Numbered from the stretch's first letter, positions 1 through 9,138 are shown. The stretch is DNA of 64,000 nucleotides from an uncultured Candidatus Rokubacteria bacterium (GCA_963708025.1 CAVPSB010000013.1:448001-512000); one strand, 5' to 3'. Program-made: numbers and translations. The notes: generated by a model from the letters alone, not told the origin.

Positions 1-1
1 C

Positions 2-376
2 GTGGCCGCCGACCCGGCGACCGGCCGGATCGTCCGGGGCTACGCCGACCTGCCCGAGCACGGCCGGCGGGAGGCGGGCGAGACCGGCGAGATGTCGAGC
101 GACGCCAAGGACGGCCCCATCGCCGCCCAGTCGTGGTTCGTCCTGACCCGGCTGCGCAAGACGGTGGAGGCGGTGGGCGGCAGTCTGGACGACGTGGTGA
201 AGCTCACCCAGTACTTCCGGGACCTGCGGGACTTCCCCATCTACAACCGCATCCGGGCGACGTTCTTCCGCGATCCCCCGGCCAGCACCGTGGTTCGCGT
301 GCTCGAGCTGCTGCCGACCGAAGAGTCGCTCCTGGAGGTGGAGGCGGTCGCGTACATCCCGGAACGGCGCCGGTAG
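2..376 (+). CDS. RidA/YjgF family protein (5' end outside window)
   Basis: LDDVVKLTQYFRDLRDF...PPASTVV...LEVEAVAY is the C-terminal RidA pattern. Confidence 0.8.
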   Translation: MAADPATGRIVRGYADLPEHGRREAGETGEMSSDAKDGPIAAQSWFVLTRLRKTVEAVGGSLDDVVKLTQYFRDLRDFPIYNRIRATFFRDPPASTVVRVLELLPTEESLLEVEAVAYIPERRR

Positions 377-394
377 CCGGCGAGGGAGGGACGC

Positions 395-1279
395 ATGCTT
401 CGCGACCACGGGCGCTTCGAGTACTCCGCCATCGTCAGCCGGCCCGACTTCAGCTGGCCCGGCGGGAAGCGGCTGGCGGTCTACGTCGCGCTGAACCTGG
501 AGCACTTCGCCTACGGCGAAGGGCTCGGCCTCTCCTATTCGCCCGGGATCCCCCACCCGAACACCTACAACTGGGCGTGGCGGGAGTACGGGAACCGCGT
601 GGGCGTGTGGCGGCTGCTCGATCTCTTCGACCGGCTCCGGCTGCCGGTCTCGCTCCTGCTAAACTCGGCGGTGTACGACCACTGCCCCGAGGTGGTCGCG
701 GCCTTCCGGAAGCGGGGTGACGAGGTTCTCGGCCACGGCCGGACCAACTCCGAGCACCAGAACGACTTCGACGAGGCGGGCGAGGCCGCCCTCATCCGGC
801 AGGTCCGGGACGCGATCGCCCGGCACGAGGGCCAGCCCCCCCAGGGCTGGCTCAGCCCCGGGGTGAACCCCAGCGTGGTGACGACCGACCTCCTCCAGGA
901 AGCCGGCTACACCTACCTGCTGGACTGGCCCATGGACGACCAGCCGGTGTGGCTCCGGACCCGCAAGGGCCACATCCTGAGCGTGCCCTACCCGCACGAG
1001 GTCAACGACATCCCGGTCATCGCGCTCCACCACGGCACCGCGCCGGCCTTCGCCGACATGATCATCGACACCTTCGACGAGATGCTCACCCAGTCGGCCG
1101 GGCAGCCCCTCGTCTACGGCATCGCCCTCCACGCGTTCCTGGTCGGGCAGCCGTTCCGCCTGCGCCACCTCCGCCGGGCCTTCGAGCACGTCTGCCGCCA
1201 GCCCGACCGCGTGTGGCTCGCGACCACGGGGCAGATCGCGGCGCACTTCGCCGCGCACGCGCCGATCAAGCCCGCCTGA
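395..1279 (+). CDS. Polysaccharide deacetylase (CE4) family, PuuE-like amidohydrolase
   Basis: WPGGKRLAVYVALNLE, WREYGNRVGVWR, GWLSP, DDQP, IALHAFLVGQP motifs; GGAGG RBS. Confidence 0.85.
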   Translation: MLRDHGRFEYSAIVSRPDFSWPGGKRLAVYVALNLEHFAYGEGLGLSYSPGIPHPNTYNWAWREYGNRVGVWRLLDLFDRLRLPVSLLLNSAVYDHCPEVVAAFRKRGDEVLGHGRTNSEHQNDFDEAGEAALIRQVRDAIARHEGQPPQGWLSPGVNPSVVTTDLLQEAGYTYLLDWPMDDQPVWLRTRKGHILSVPYPHEVNDIPVIALHHGTAPAFADMIIDTFDEMLTQSAGQPLVYGIALHAFLVGQPFRLRHLRRAFEHVCRQPDRVWLATTGQIAAHFAAHAPIKPA

Positions 1280-1288
1280 GCGCCGCCG

Positions 1289-1627
1289 ATGGGCAACGTC
1301 GAGCGCTGCGACAAGACCCTGGCCCTGAACGAGATGATGTACCACGTGCGCCGCGACGCGCGGCTCCGTGAGCGGTGGCTGAGCGACCTCGAGGGCCTGG
1401 CCCGCGACTTCGGCCTGAGCCCGGACGAGTACGCGGCGCTGCGGGACCGGGATCCCCGGCGGCTCATGGACCTCGGGGTGCACCAGTACTACGTGCCGCA
1501 GATCCTGCGGCTCTTCTTCGGCGCCGCCCAGAACTCGAACGCGAGCGCCGCCCTCGAGTGCTACCGGCGGGCCTTCCCCGAGGAGAGCGCGGCGGCGGCA
1601 TCCGAGGCGGGCCCGGGGCGGGGCTAG
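1289..1627 (+). CDS. LigA-like small subunit of a class III extradiol ring-cleavage dioxygenase
   Basis: LARDFGLSPDEYAALRDRDPRRLMDLGVH pattern; directly upstream of a LigB-like gene. Confidence 0.7.
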   Translation: MGNVERCDKTLALNEMMYHVRRDARLRERWLSDLEGLARDFGLSPDEYAALRDRDPRRLMDLGVHQYYVPQILRLFFGAAQNSNASAALECYRRAFPEESAAAASEAGPGRG

Positions 1628-1631
1628 CGGG

Positions 1632-2471
1632 ATGGCCGAGATCGTCGCCGCCATGGCCATGACCCACGCCCCCGGGCTCACCGGGTGGTTCGCGCGGGGC
1701 TCCGAGACGGATCAGCAGGGCGTGCTCCGGGCGACGGCCGAGATGCGACGGCGCCTGGAGGTGGCGCGCCCCGACGTGCTGGTGATGTTCAGCAACGACC
1801 ACCTGCTCAACTGGCCGCTCAACAACACGCCGGAGTACACGGTCGGCATCGGGGAGGAGCACGTCGGGCCCGCCGACTGGTTCGACGAGTGGCTGGCGAT
1901 GGAGAAGTACCGCGTGCCCGGCCACCCCGGCCTCGCCCGCTGGCTCGTGAACCTGGGCGCTCGGCGGGGGCTGATGCTGGCCTTCCTCCGCGAGATGCAG
2001 TTCGACGACGGCATCTCGGTGCCGGTCCACTACCTGAACCCGGACGGACGGTTCCGGCTCGTGCCCGTCACGATGAACTGCACGGTGCCGCCGCTCCCCA
2101 CCCCCGAGCGGGCCTACCAGGTGGGCGCCGTCCTGCGCGAGGCGCTCGTGGCGTACCCGGGGCCGGAGCGGATCGCGGTCATCGCGACCGGGGGGCTCTC
2201 CCACGAGCCCGGGGGGCCGCGCTACCTCCAGGTGGACGAGGCCTTCGACCGCTGGTTCCTCGACCTGCTGGCGAAGGGCGACCACCAGGCGCTCCTCCGC
2301 GAGTGCACGCTCGAGCGCCTGGAGGCGGCCGGCTCCGGCGGCACCGCCGAGCTGATCGCCTGGATCCTCGTCCTCGCCTTCACCGCGGGGCCGGCGGAGG
2401 TCCTCGCCTACATGCCGGCGGTGGCCTGGCGGACCGGCACCGGCATGGTGGCCTGGAACGAGTTGCTCTGA
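1632..2471 (+). CDS. LigB-like class III extradiol ring-cleavage dioxygenase, catalytic subunit
   Basis: N-terminal THAP, NDH, ATGGLSHEPGG, and AEL..W motifs. Confidence 0.85.
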   Translation: MAEIVAAMAMTHAPGLTGWFARGSETDQQGVLRATAEMRRRLEVARPDVLVMFSNDHLLNWPLNNTPEYTVGIGEEHVGPADWFDEWLAMEKYRVPGHPGLARWLVNLGARRGLMLAFLREMQFDDGISVPVHYLNPDGRFRLVPVTMNCTVPPLPTPERAYQVGAVLREALVAYPGPERIAVIATGGLSHEPGGPRYLQVDEAFDRWFLDLLAKGDHQALLRECTLERLEAAGSGGTAELIAWILVLAFTAGPAEVLAYMPAVAWRTGTGMVAWNELL

Positions 2472-2664
2472 GCGCCGGTGGCGCCACGCCGAGACTGGTT
2501 ATCGGGCGATGGAGTCATAGTCCGAAGCGCCGGCGCGTAGCGCGCAAAGAGAAGACCCTCTCGGCGGACAGTCCGAGGAGAACACATCTGTTGACCCTAC
2601 GGCATGCGACACTACGTAGACCAACCGCACGATTTTCCATAGACCATCAAGCCCGACACACCAT

Positions 2665-2715
2665 TACACTTGACCGCCATCTACACTTGACCGCCATCAG
2701 CCGCTCGGATATTCT
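2665..2715 (+). promoter_or_regulatory. Putative sigma70 promoter with a tandem 17-bp duplication of the -35 region
   Basis: TACACTTGACCGCCATC twice (2665-2681, 2682-2698); TTGACC(2687)-17 nt-TATTCT(2710). Confidence 0.5.
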
Positions 2716-2779
2716 TAATGCCCCTAGCCTGGCCCTCACATCCAGAGTCGTTCCTTCGCGAGCGGCTGTAGGTGCCGGT

Positions 2780-3985
2780 ATGGAATGCCTGGGCTGCGGA
2801 CGGCAGAACCCCGAGGGGGCAAAGTATTGCGGCGACTGCGGGGTTCGCCTCCCGTCCACGTGCTCGGCCTGCGGTACGGCGAACCCCCCCGGGCATCGGT
2901 TCTGCCTCGAGTGCGGTCACCGCTTGGCATCCGCCGGGCAGGAACGTGAATCCGACGAGACGCGTATCTCGGGTGAGCAGGCGCGGACCGGCGTCGTCCA
3001 GGCAGACGTCGGTGAGCGGCGCCACCTGACCGTCATGTTTTGCGATCTCGTCGGGTCCACGTCCCTCGCGGAGCGCCTGGATCCCGAAGACCTCCGTCAA
3101 GTGGTCCGCAAGTACCAGGATGTCAGCACGGCGATCGTCACGCGGTTCGACGGCTACGTCTCTCAATATCTCGGAGACGGCATCCTCGCCTATTTTGGCT
3201 ATCCGCACGCTCACGAAGACGATGTTCAGCGGTCGGTCCGGGCCGCGCTCGAGATCGTGGCCGGCGTCTCGGAGTTGACGGCCGAGACGGGCGGCGGCAG
3301 CGTCAGGCTCAGTGTTCGAATCGGGATCCATTCGGGCTTCGTCGTCGTGACCGAGGTCGGCTCCGGCGCGCGCCACGAGCCGCTGGCTCTGGGTCAGACG
3401 CCAAACCTCGCCGCTCGACTTCAGGACCTCGCCCCACCAAACCGTGTGGTCGTGAGTGCCGAGGCGCTCCGCCTATTGGGGCATGGCTTCGTGTGCCGCG
3501 ATCTGGGGCCCCAAACCATCAAGGGCCTGACGGAGCCGATTCGCGTCTTCGAGGTGGTCTCCGAAGCCGAGCCGATCAGTCGCCCGGAGGGCTCCGGGGC
3601 GTCCGAGCTCACCGAGCTGATCGGCCGGGAGCAGGAACTTGCCATCCTGCGCGAATGCTGGGAGCAAGTCAGAGACGGATACGGGCAGGTGGTGTCGCTT
3701 GCCGGCGAAGCGGGTATCGGCAAGTCCCGACTGGTAGAGGCACTGAAGCAAGAGCTCGCCAAGGAGCCGTGCACCCGGTGGGAATGCCGCTGCTCCCCCT
3801 ACCATCAAGACAGCGCATTCCATCCGATCATCGATCTCTTCGGACGCATCTTCGAGTTCGAGCGCGACGAACCGGCCCCAGCGAAGTTGAAGAAGCTCGA
3901 GTCGGGGCTCGCGATCCATGGTCTCGCGACCCCCGGCCCGACGGATCAGAACACGTCGTCGCGCTCGCCGAACTCGAACTGGTAG
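2780..3985 (+). pseudogene. Double zinc ribbon + class III adenylate/guanylate cyclase + start of AAA ATPase; C-terminally truncated
   Basis: Four CxxC pairs, TVMFCDLVGST, YLGDGILAYFGYP, Walker A GEAGIGKS; ORF runs into the convergent NHase accessory gene. Confidence 0.8.
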
Positions 3986-4905
3986 GTGGTCTCGGCGACC
4001 TCGGCGGGGGTGATCAGGCCCTTGCGCGCGAGCAGCTCCTCGAAGGTGGCGAGCCAGATCTCGTAGTAAGCGAAACGGCCACCGCCGGCCTCGGCCGCCG
4101 CGATCCGGGCGATGAGGGCCTGGCGGAATTCCTCCCACTCGTAGACGCCGCGCTCGTGGAGCGCCACCGCCATGCCGAAGGCGCGACCCTGCCACGGCTC
4201 CTCGAAGACCAGCTCGCCGTTCTTCCGGGGGAGCGCCGCCCGTCCTTCCATCACCGCCACCGCCCGGTCCACCGTGAGGGCTTCCCCCTCGGCGGTCAGG
4301 CCCGACGGGGTCCCGGCGCAGGCATGCGTGCGCCCGGCGGCCCGCCAGGGCCGGGCGTCGTCCACCGGCTGCCCGTCGGGACGCGGCTGCCAGGCGGTGG
4401 CGGTGAAGTGGTACGGGGCCAGCGCCGCGGGCGGTGGCAAGCTGCCGCCGGCCTCCAGCATCCGCTCCACGTGGTCGTAGAGGGCCACCGCGAGGGCGTC
4501 GGAGTCCACGGAGTGGAACCACTGCGCCTGGCCGTCGAAGAGCAGCAGGACCACGTTGGCGAGCGCGCAGGGGCCCAGGCAGCCGCCGATGGTCAGGTGG
4601 AGGACGTTGCGGAGCCGCCGGCGCTCCCACTCCCGGTGGAAGGTCTCGGCCGGCACGGCGGCGAACCCGTCCTCCGTGCGGCCGCAGCAGCAGCCCGTGG
4701 AGCAGACGAAGAGCTGGCCGCGGAAGCGCGCCACGTTCACGCGCCGGCCGTCGCGGCGGACGACGATGTTGCGCCGGCGCTCGTACAGTTCGCGACCTCC
4801 CGCCCACCCCGCTTCTTCGACGGCCTTCGGCCTTTGGCCCCCTCCCCCACCATTGGACGGCCTTCGGCCTTTGGCCGGGCGGGAGGGGGGAGTCGGAGAA
4901 CCCAT
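3946..4905 (-). CDS. Nitrile hydratase accessory/activator (P14K/NhlE-like) fused to an N-terminal Cys-rich thioredoxin-like ferredoxin domain
   Basis: C-terminal LPRKNGELVFEEPWQGRAFGMAVAL...YYEIWL; N-terminal FVCSTGCCCG and GCLGPC; start uncertain. Confidence 0.75.
   Translation of the reverse strand: MGSPTPPSRPAKGRRPSNGGGGGQRPKAVEEAGWAGGRELYERRRNIVVRRDGRRVNVARFRGQLFVCSTGCCCGRTEDGFAAVPAETFHREWERRRLRNVLHLTIGGCLGPCALANVVLLLFDGQAQWFHSVDSDALAVALYDHVERMLEAGGSLPPPAALAPYHFTATAWQPRPDGQPVDDARPWRAAGRTHACAGTPSGLTAEGEALTVDRAVAVMEGRAALPRKNGELVFEEPWQGRAFGMAVALHERGVYEWEEFRQALIARIAAAEAGGGRFAYYEIWLATFEELLARKGLITPAEVAETTYQFEFGERDDVF
4819..4900. repeat. Palindromic REP-like element with two direct copies of GACGGCCTTCGGCCTTTGGCC
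   Basis: 21-bp direct repeats at 4819-4839 and 4856-4876 inside CCCTCCCCCAC...GGGAGGGGGGAGTCGG, similar to 58066-58110. Confidence 0.55.
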
Positions 4906-4919
4906 TACTTCACACTCTT

Positions 4920-5519
4920 TCAGCGGGCGGCCGCCGCCGGCCGGACCTCGGCCACGCCGATGAGAGCGTCCCGCGTGATCAGCGGCACCAGGTCCGCCTC
5001 GCCGAGCCCCTCCGTCCCTGCCGGCCGCTGGGGCAGGACCATGTAGCGCATCTCGGCGCTCGAGTCCCAGACGCGGACCTCGCGCTCCGCCGCCACCTCG
5101 AGCCCCATCTCCCGGAGCACGGCGCGCGGCTCACTGACCGCGCGCGAGCGGTAGGCGGGCATCTTGTACCAGGTGGGCGGCAGCCCCAGCACGGGCCACG
5201 GGTAGCAGGAGCAGAGCGTGCAGACCACCAGGTTGTGCACGGCCGGCGTGTTCTCCACCACCAGGAGCATCGCGTAGTCCAGGTCGAAGCGCGCCAGGGC
5301 CGCCCTGGAGTCCTCGAGCAGCAGACGCCGGTAACCGGGATCCGTCCAGGCGCGCGCGACGGCGCGGGCGCCGATCAGGGGCCCGGTGTCGGCCTCGAAG
5401 CGCTGGATCACGCGGTCCACCGCGTCGGGGGCCAGGATGCCCTTCTCGAGCAGGAGCGACTCGAGGGCACGGACGCGGGAGACGACGTAGGGATCGACGT
5501 TGGGGTGGTTCTTGCCCAT
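4920..5519 (-). CDS. nthA: Cobalt-type nitrile hydratase alpha subunit
   Basis: VCTLCSCYPW (Thr/Tyr indicate Co-type); VRVWDSSAEMRYMVLP. Confidence 0.95.
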   Translation of the reverse strand: MGKNHPNVDPYVVSRVRALESLLLEKGILAPDAVDRVIQRFEADTGPLIGARAVARAWTDPGYRRLLLEDSRAALARFDLDYAMLLVVENTPAVHNLVVCTLCSCYPWPVLGLPPTWYKMPAYRSRAVSEPRAVLREMGLEVAAEREVRVWDSSAEMRYMVLPQRPAGTEGLGEADLVPLITRDALIGVAEVRPAAAAR

Positions 5520-5522
5520 CCC

Positions 5523-6201
5523 TCACCTCCCGGGCAGCAGGTAGCTCTCCCAGAGATCGAGATGCACCACCTGGCTCGGCTCCGCCGCCTCGCCCCACAG
5601 CTCGCCCGCATCGAACCGGACGCTGTAGAGCGGCTGCGGCTGCTCGCCGAGGCCGTGGGCGTTGCTGTCGGGGAAGACGTGGATGCCGTGGCAGCGGTGG
5701 ATCACCCCGCGCTTGCCGCGCGCGTAGCGCGGCAGCCGTGTGTGGCCGTGGGGGTGGATCTGGCGGGTGAGGACGGGATCCCCCGGCCCGAAGCGGGGCG
5801 TGGCGCCGGTCTCGCGGATCACGTCCTGGATCCATCCGGATCGAACGGGACCCCGCGGGCGGCGGGCCCGGGAGCGCAGCGGTCGCCGGCGCGTCCGGCT
5901 TCTTCTCGAAGAAGGCCACGCGCGCGTCCAGCTCGCCCCGGCTCACCACCCCCTTCTCGACGAGGAGCCGCGTCACGCCGTCGAGCCACTTCTCGTAGTA
6001 GGTCGCGCGCAGGTAGTGGGCGGGGCTCATCCGCTCGATCCCGTGCCGGAACTCGTCGATGTTGAAGAGCCGCCGCGAGCCGGTGGCGCGCGTCATGGTC
6101 AGCACCGCCGCCTCCCACGTCGCGTGGAAAACCGGCTCGTTCTCCTCCCGCTCGATGGGGCCGAAGCCCTGCATGCCCCCCAGGTCGTGCACCCCGTCCA
6201 T
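5523..6201 (-). CDS. nthB: Nitrile hydratase beta subunit (one frameshift near 5820-5860)
   Basis: MDGVHDLGGMQGFG, FRHGIERM, YYEKW in one frame; GHTRLPRYARGK...DLWESYL in another. Confidence 0.9.
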
Positions 6202-6242
6202 GCCAGGATTGTAGCCGATGGGACCCCCGGTTTCTCCTGGGG

Positions 6243-7187
6243 TCACGCGAAGCAGCGGAGGTCCTTCAGCCCGAAGGGCCCGGGGGCCGGCAGGCCCTGG
6301 CGAATCTGCTCCTCGGTGAACCGGCGCCAGGGCGCCAGGTCGTCCGGCGGATCCGGGCAGGCCGGCGCCGGCTCCACCAGGCCCTCGGACAGGATCCGCA
6401 CCTGGGCCAGCGAGACGAGCGGGATCGTCATGGCCCGCTCGAACGCCCGGGCCAGCACGCGGTGGGCCCAGACCGGCGCCGGCACGACGAGCACACGCCG
6501 GCCGATGACCCGCCCGATGCGCCGGACCGCGTCGCCGAGCCGAAGCTCTTCGGGCCCCCTGACGGCGATCGTCTGGCGCGCGAGCCGGCCTTCGACGAGG
6601 GCCGCCTGGAGGACCCGGACGAGGTCCTCCACGGCCACGGGACGGACAGGTCGCTCGGACAGCCCGACCGCGGCGAAGACCGGCAGCGTGTGGAGCGCGT
6701 GGCTCGTGTGGTCGAGGAAGTGGTCGCCCCGGCCGTAGATGACGCCGGCCTTGACGATGGTGTAGTCGAGGCCCGACGCGCGCAGGATCTCCTCCGCCGC
6801 CCACTTCGACTCGTGGTAGGCCGAGCCGCAGCCGGGCCGCGCGCGGAGGAAGCTCTGCAGGACCACCTTCCGCACGCCCGCCCGCGTCGCCGCCGTGACC
6901 ACGTGGCGGGTCCCCTCGACGTGGACGACCTGGTAGGTCTGGACCCCGATCTCCCGATTGATGCCGGCACAGTGCGCGACCGCGTCGCAGCCCTCGAAGG
7001 CGCGCGCCAGCGCCGCCGGGTCGACGACCGAGGCCGGGACCAGCGTGACCCCGGACAGGGTCCGGACGCTCTCGTCCCGCTGGTCGCGGCCGCGGGCGGC
7101 CAGCACCACCGAGTGCCCGCCGGCCGCCAGCGCGCGGGCGAGATGCCGGCCGACGAACCCCGTGCCACCCGTGATGGCGATCTTCAT
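6243..7187 (-). CDS. NAD(P)-dependent epimerase/atypical SDR (NDUFA9-like)
   Basis: MKIAITGGTGFVG Rossmann motif, YHESK. Confidence 0.85.
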   Translation of the reverse strand: MKIAITGGTGFVGRHLARALAAGGHSVVLAARGRDQRDESVRTLSGVTLVPASVVDPAALARAFEGCDAVAHCAGINREIGVQTYQVVHVEGTRHVVTAATRAGVRKVVLQSFLRARPGCGSAYHESKWAAEEILRASGLDYTIVKAGVIYGRGDHFLDHTSHALHTLPVFAAVGLSERPVRPVAVEDLVRVLQAALVEGRLARQTIAVRGPEELRLGDAVRRIGRVIGRRVLVVPAPVWAHRVLARAFERAMTIPLVSLAQVRILSEGLVEPAPACPDPPDDLAPWRRFTEEQIRQGLPAPGPFGLKDLRCFA

Positions 7188-7498
7188 CGGCGTTCCCTCC
7201 GTTCCCGGATCCGGCGGCGCTGGGCGACCTGGGTCGGGCACACGGCGCTCAGGAAGTCGTTGACGTGGCGCACGAGCCGCCCCGGCTCGAGGCGGTAGAA
7301 GATGCGGTTGCCCTGCCGGCGCTCGACGATCAGCTCGGCCGCCCGGAGGATGGCGAGGTGCCGCGAGACGGACGGGGCGGCGATGGCGAAGCGGGACGCG
7401 ATCGCCCCGGCCGCCAGCTCCCCCTCGCCGATCTCCTGGAGGATCTGCCGGCGGGTGGGATCGGCCAGGGCCTTGAAGATCCGCGCCGCCGCCGCCAT
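7184..7498 (-). CDS. ArsR/SmtB family transcriptional repressor
   Basis: FKALADPTRRQIL...SVSRHLAILRAAELI; overlaps the downstream gene start (ATGA). Confidence 0.9.
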   Translation of the reverse strand: MAAAARIFKALADPTRRQILQEIGEGELAAGAIASRFAIAAPSVSRHLAILRAAELIVERRQGNRIFYRLEPGRLVRHVNDFLSAVCPTQVAQRRRIRERRERR

Positions 7499-7505
7499 GG
7501 CCGTA

Positions 7506-7535
7506 AGGTTAGCTAATTAGCTAAATGGATGTCAA
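7506..7535 (-). promoter_or_regulatory. Sigma70 promoter with an overlapping perfect palindromic operator
   Basis: TTGACA(7535-7530)-18 nt-TAACCT(7511-7506); TTAGCTAATTAGCTAA at 7509-7524. Confidence 0.7.
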
Positions 7536-7602
7536 GCAACTTCGCTCGCTGGAGCGCGCGGCGGCCGCGCGGCTCGCCAGCCCGAGGGAGCACGGCCGCC
7601 GG

Positions 7603-8340
7603 CTACGTGTCTCCTCGGTAGCGGATCAACGACCGGGCGGTCGGCCGCAGGCACAGGGTCGCCACGTCGGCGGTCAGGCGGCCGGGCATCTCCCCCGGCC
7701 CGACCGCAACCATGTCGCTCCAGTCATGCCGCATGGCGGCATGGTGCTCGCGATCGCGGTACGCGGAGAGGACCACGAGGAGCGTGGGATCCTGGATGAC
7801 CGGCAGCCGCGGATAGTCGTTGGGGGTCAGCTCCGCGACGAAGTGCCCGAGGACCTGGTGCCCGCGCTCGACGAGGACGGGCCGCACGCGCCGCTCGAAG
7901 AGCTCGACCAGCCGCCCGAGCCCCCCGGGCTCCGTCCGGTAGAAGTCGACGACGACCAGCCCGGTGTGCGGCGGGAGGGCGCCGGGCGGCTCCGACGCCC
8001 GGTCCTCGAGCGACAGGCCTCCGGTCAGGGCGCCGACGGGACCGAGCGGCCGGAGCAGGTGCACGTCGTGGTTCTCCCGTATCATCGCGTTCGCCTCGGG
8101 CCGGCGGGCTTGCCAGAAGGAGCCGCCGTAGAAGCCGCTCAGCCCGCGCAGGCGGGCCGGCATGTCGGCGAAGCCGCGCATCCACACGAAGCGGCTCGGC
8201 GCGTCCACGACCTCGAACTGCCCGAGGGGGTGCATGCCCTCCTCCCGCTGGGAGAAGAGGAAGTGCTCCTCGAAGTACCGGATGAAGTCGCCGGTCCTGC
8301 CGTCCTCGAGGAGATAGTTGCGCAGCTCGATCACCTGCAT
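7603..8340 (-). CDS. NIPSNAP family protein (two domains)
   Basis: VIELRNY...FVWMRGFADM...FYGGSFW...DVHLLRP. Confidence 0.75.
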   Translation of the reverse strand: MQVIELRNYLLEDGRTGDFIRYFEEHFLFSQREEGMHPLGQFEVVDAPSRFVWMRGFADMPARLRGLSGFYGGSFWQARRPEANAMIRENHDVHLLRPLGPVGALTGGLSLEDRASEPPGALPPHTGLVVVDFYRTEPGGLGRLVELFERRVRPVLVERGHQVLGHFVAELTPNDYPRLPVIQDPTLLVVLSAYRDREHHAAMRHDWSDMVAVGPGEMPGRLTADVATLCLRPTARSLIRYRGDT

Positions 8341-8361
8341 CGTTCCGCGTCTCCCGGTCAT

Positions 8362-8651
8362 CTAGGCGATTCGCTCCGAACGGGTGACGTCGAGAGGGTG
8401 GTCGATCAGCGGCTCCACGCGTTCGAGGAAGCGTACGTATGCGGCAAGCCGGCGTGATGCTCGAACGCCGCTTCATCCTTCCAGACGGAATGGATGTAGA
8501 ACAGTCTCGGGTCGCGAATCGACCGGAAATGCTGAATGCTCAGGCAGCCCGGCTCCTCGCGCGTAGGAGCGAGGCCGTCACGCATCGCTTCTGCGACGGC
8601 GCCCTCGTTGCCGGGACGCGCGTGAAAGCGCGCAAAGATGAACAACTCCAT
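8362..8651 (-). CDS. Antibiotic biosynthesis monooxygenase (putative quinol monooxygenase); 1-bp frameshift near 8435
   Basis: PTREEPGCL...WKDEAAFEHH; C-terminus VRFLERVEPLIDHPLDV in another frame. Confidence 0.75.
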
Positions 8652-8652
8652 G

Positions 8653-9138
8653 TCATTCCTCCCGCGCCATGACCATGATCCAGTTCTTCTCCCAGGTTCG
8701 CCCCTCGTCAGGCGAGAAGGCCTGCTCCCAGCGCACCCCCGTCTCCGTGATGTTCGACCACGTGTAGCGGACGAGGATGGGCCGCCCGTCCAGCTCGTCG
8801 CGTCCCTCGAAGACGCCGATGCCATCGGAGAACGATCCGACGACGGGCGGCTGGAGCACCCCGGTCTGGTTGTTGACCCAGTAGATGCTCCACTGCCGGG
8901 TCTGGGGGTTGTAGAGACGCAGGGACATGCCGACGAATCCCGGCCAGTGGTCGGTGACGAAGTCGTCCATGTTCCCGAGGCCGCCGGGGAGGAGCCAGGC
9001 GTGGTGGGTCGCCTCGAACGTCTCCCATTCCGTGCAGCCCTGCAGGCGCTTCACCAGGCGCTCGTTGCGGATACGCCAGCGGCCGGTGTGGAAGTCGAAG
9101 TCGTGCGCGCCATCGCGGTCGGGCCGTGCCTCGCTCAT
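8653..9138 (-). CDS. Conserved hypothetical beta-rich protein (DUF1579-like)
   Basis: HDFDF..GRW, RWEQAFSPDEGRTWEKNW; GGAGG RBS. Confidence 0.65.
   Translation of the reverse strand: MSEARPDRDGAHDFDFHTGRWRIRNERLVKRLQGCTEWETFEATHHAWLLPGGLGNMDDFVTDHWPGFVGMSLRLYNPQTRQWSIYWVNNQTGVLQPPVVGSFSDGIGVFEGRDELDGRPILVRYTWSNITETGVRWEQAFSPDEGRTWEKNWIMVMAREE

Noticed and set aside
1685-2779. N-terminal 365 aa of ORF 1685-3985
   Set aside because: Shadow frame of the LigB-like gene plus intergenic DNA; the real start is likely the ATG at 2780
5820-5860. Naturally split NHase beta subunit or programmed frameshift
   Set aside because: No stop/RBS architecture or slippery site; matches the window-wide indel pattern
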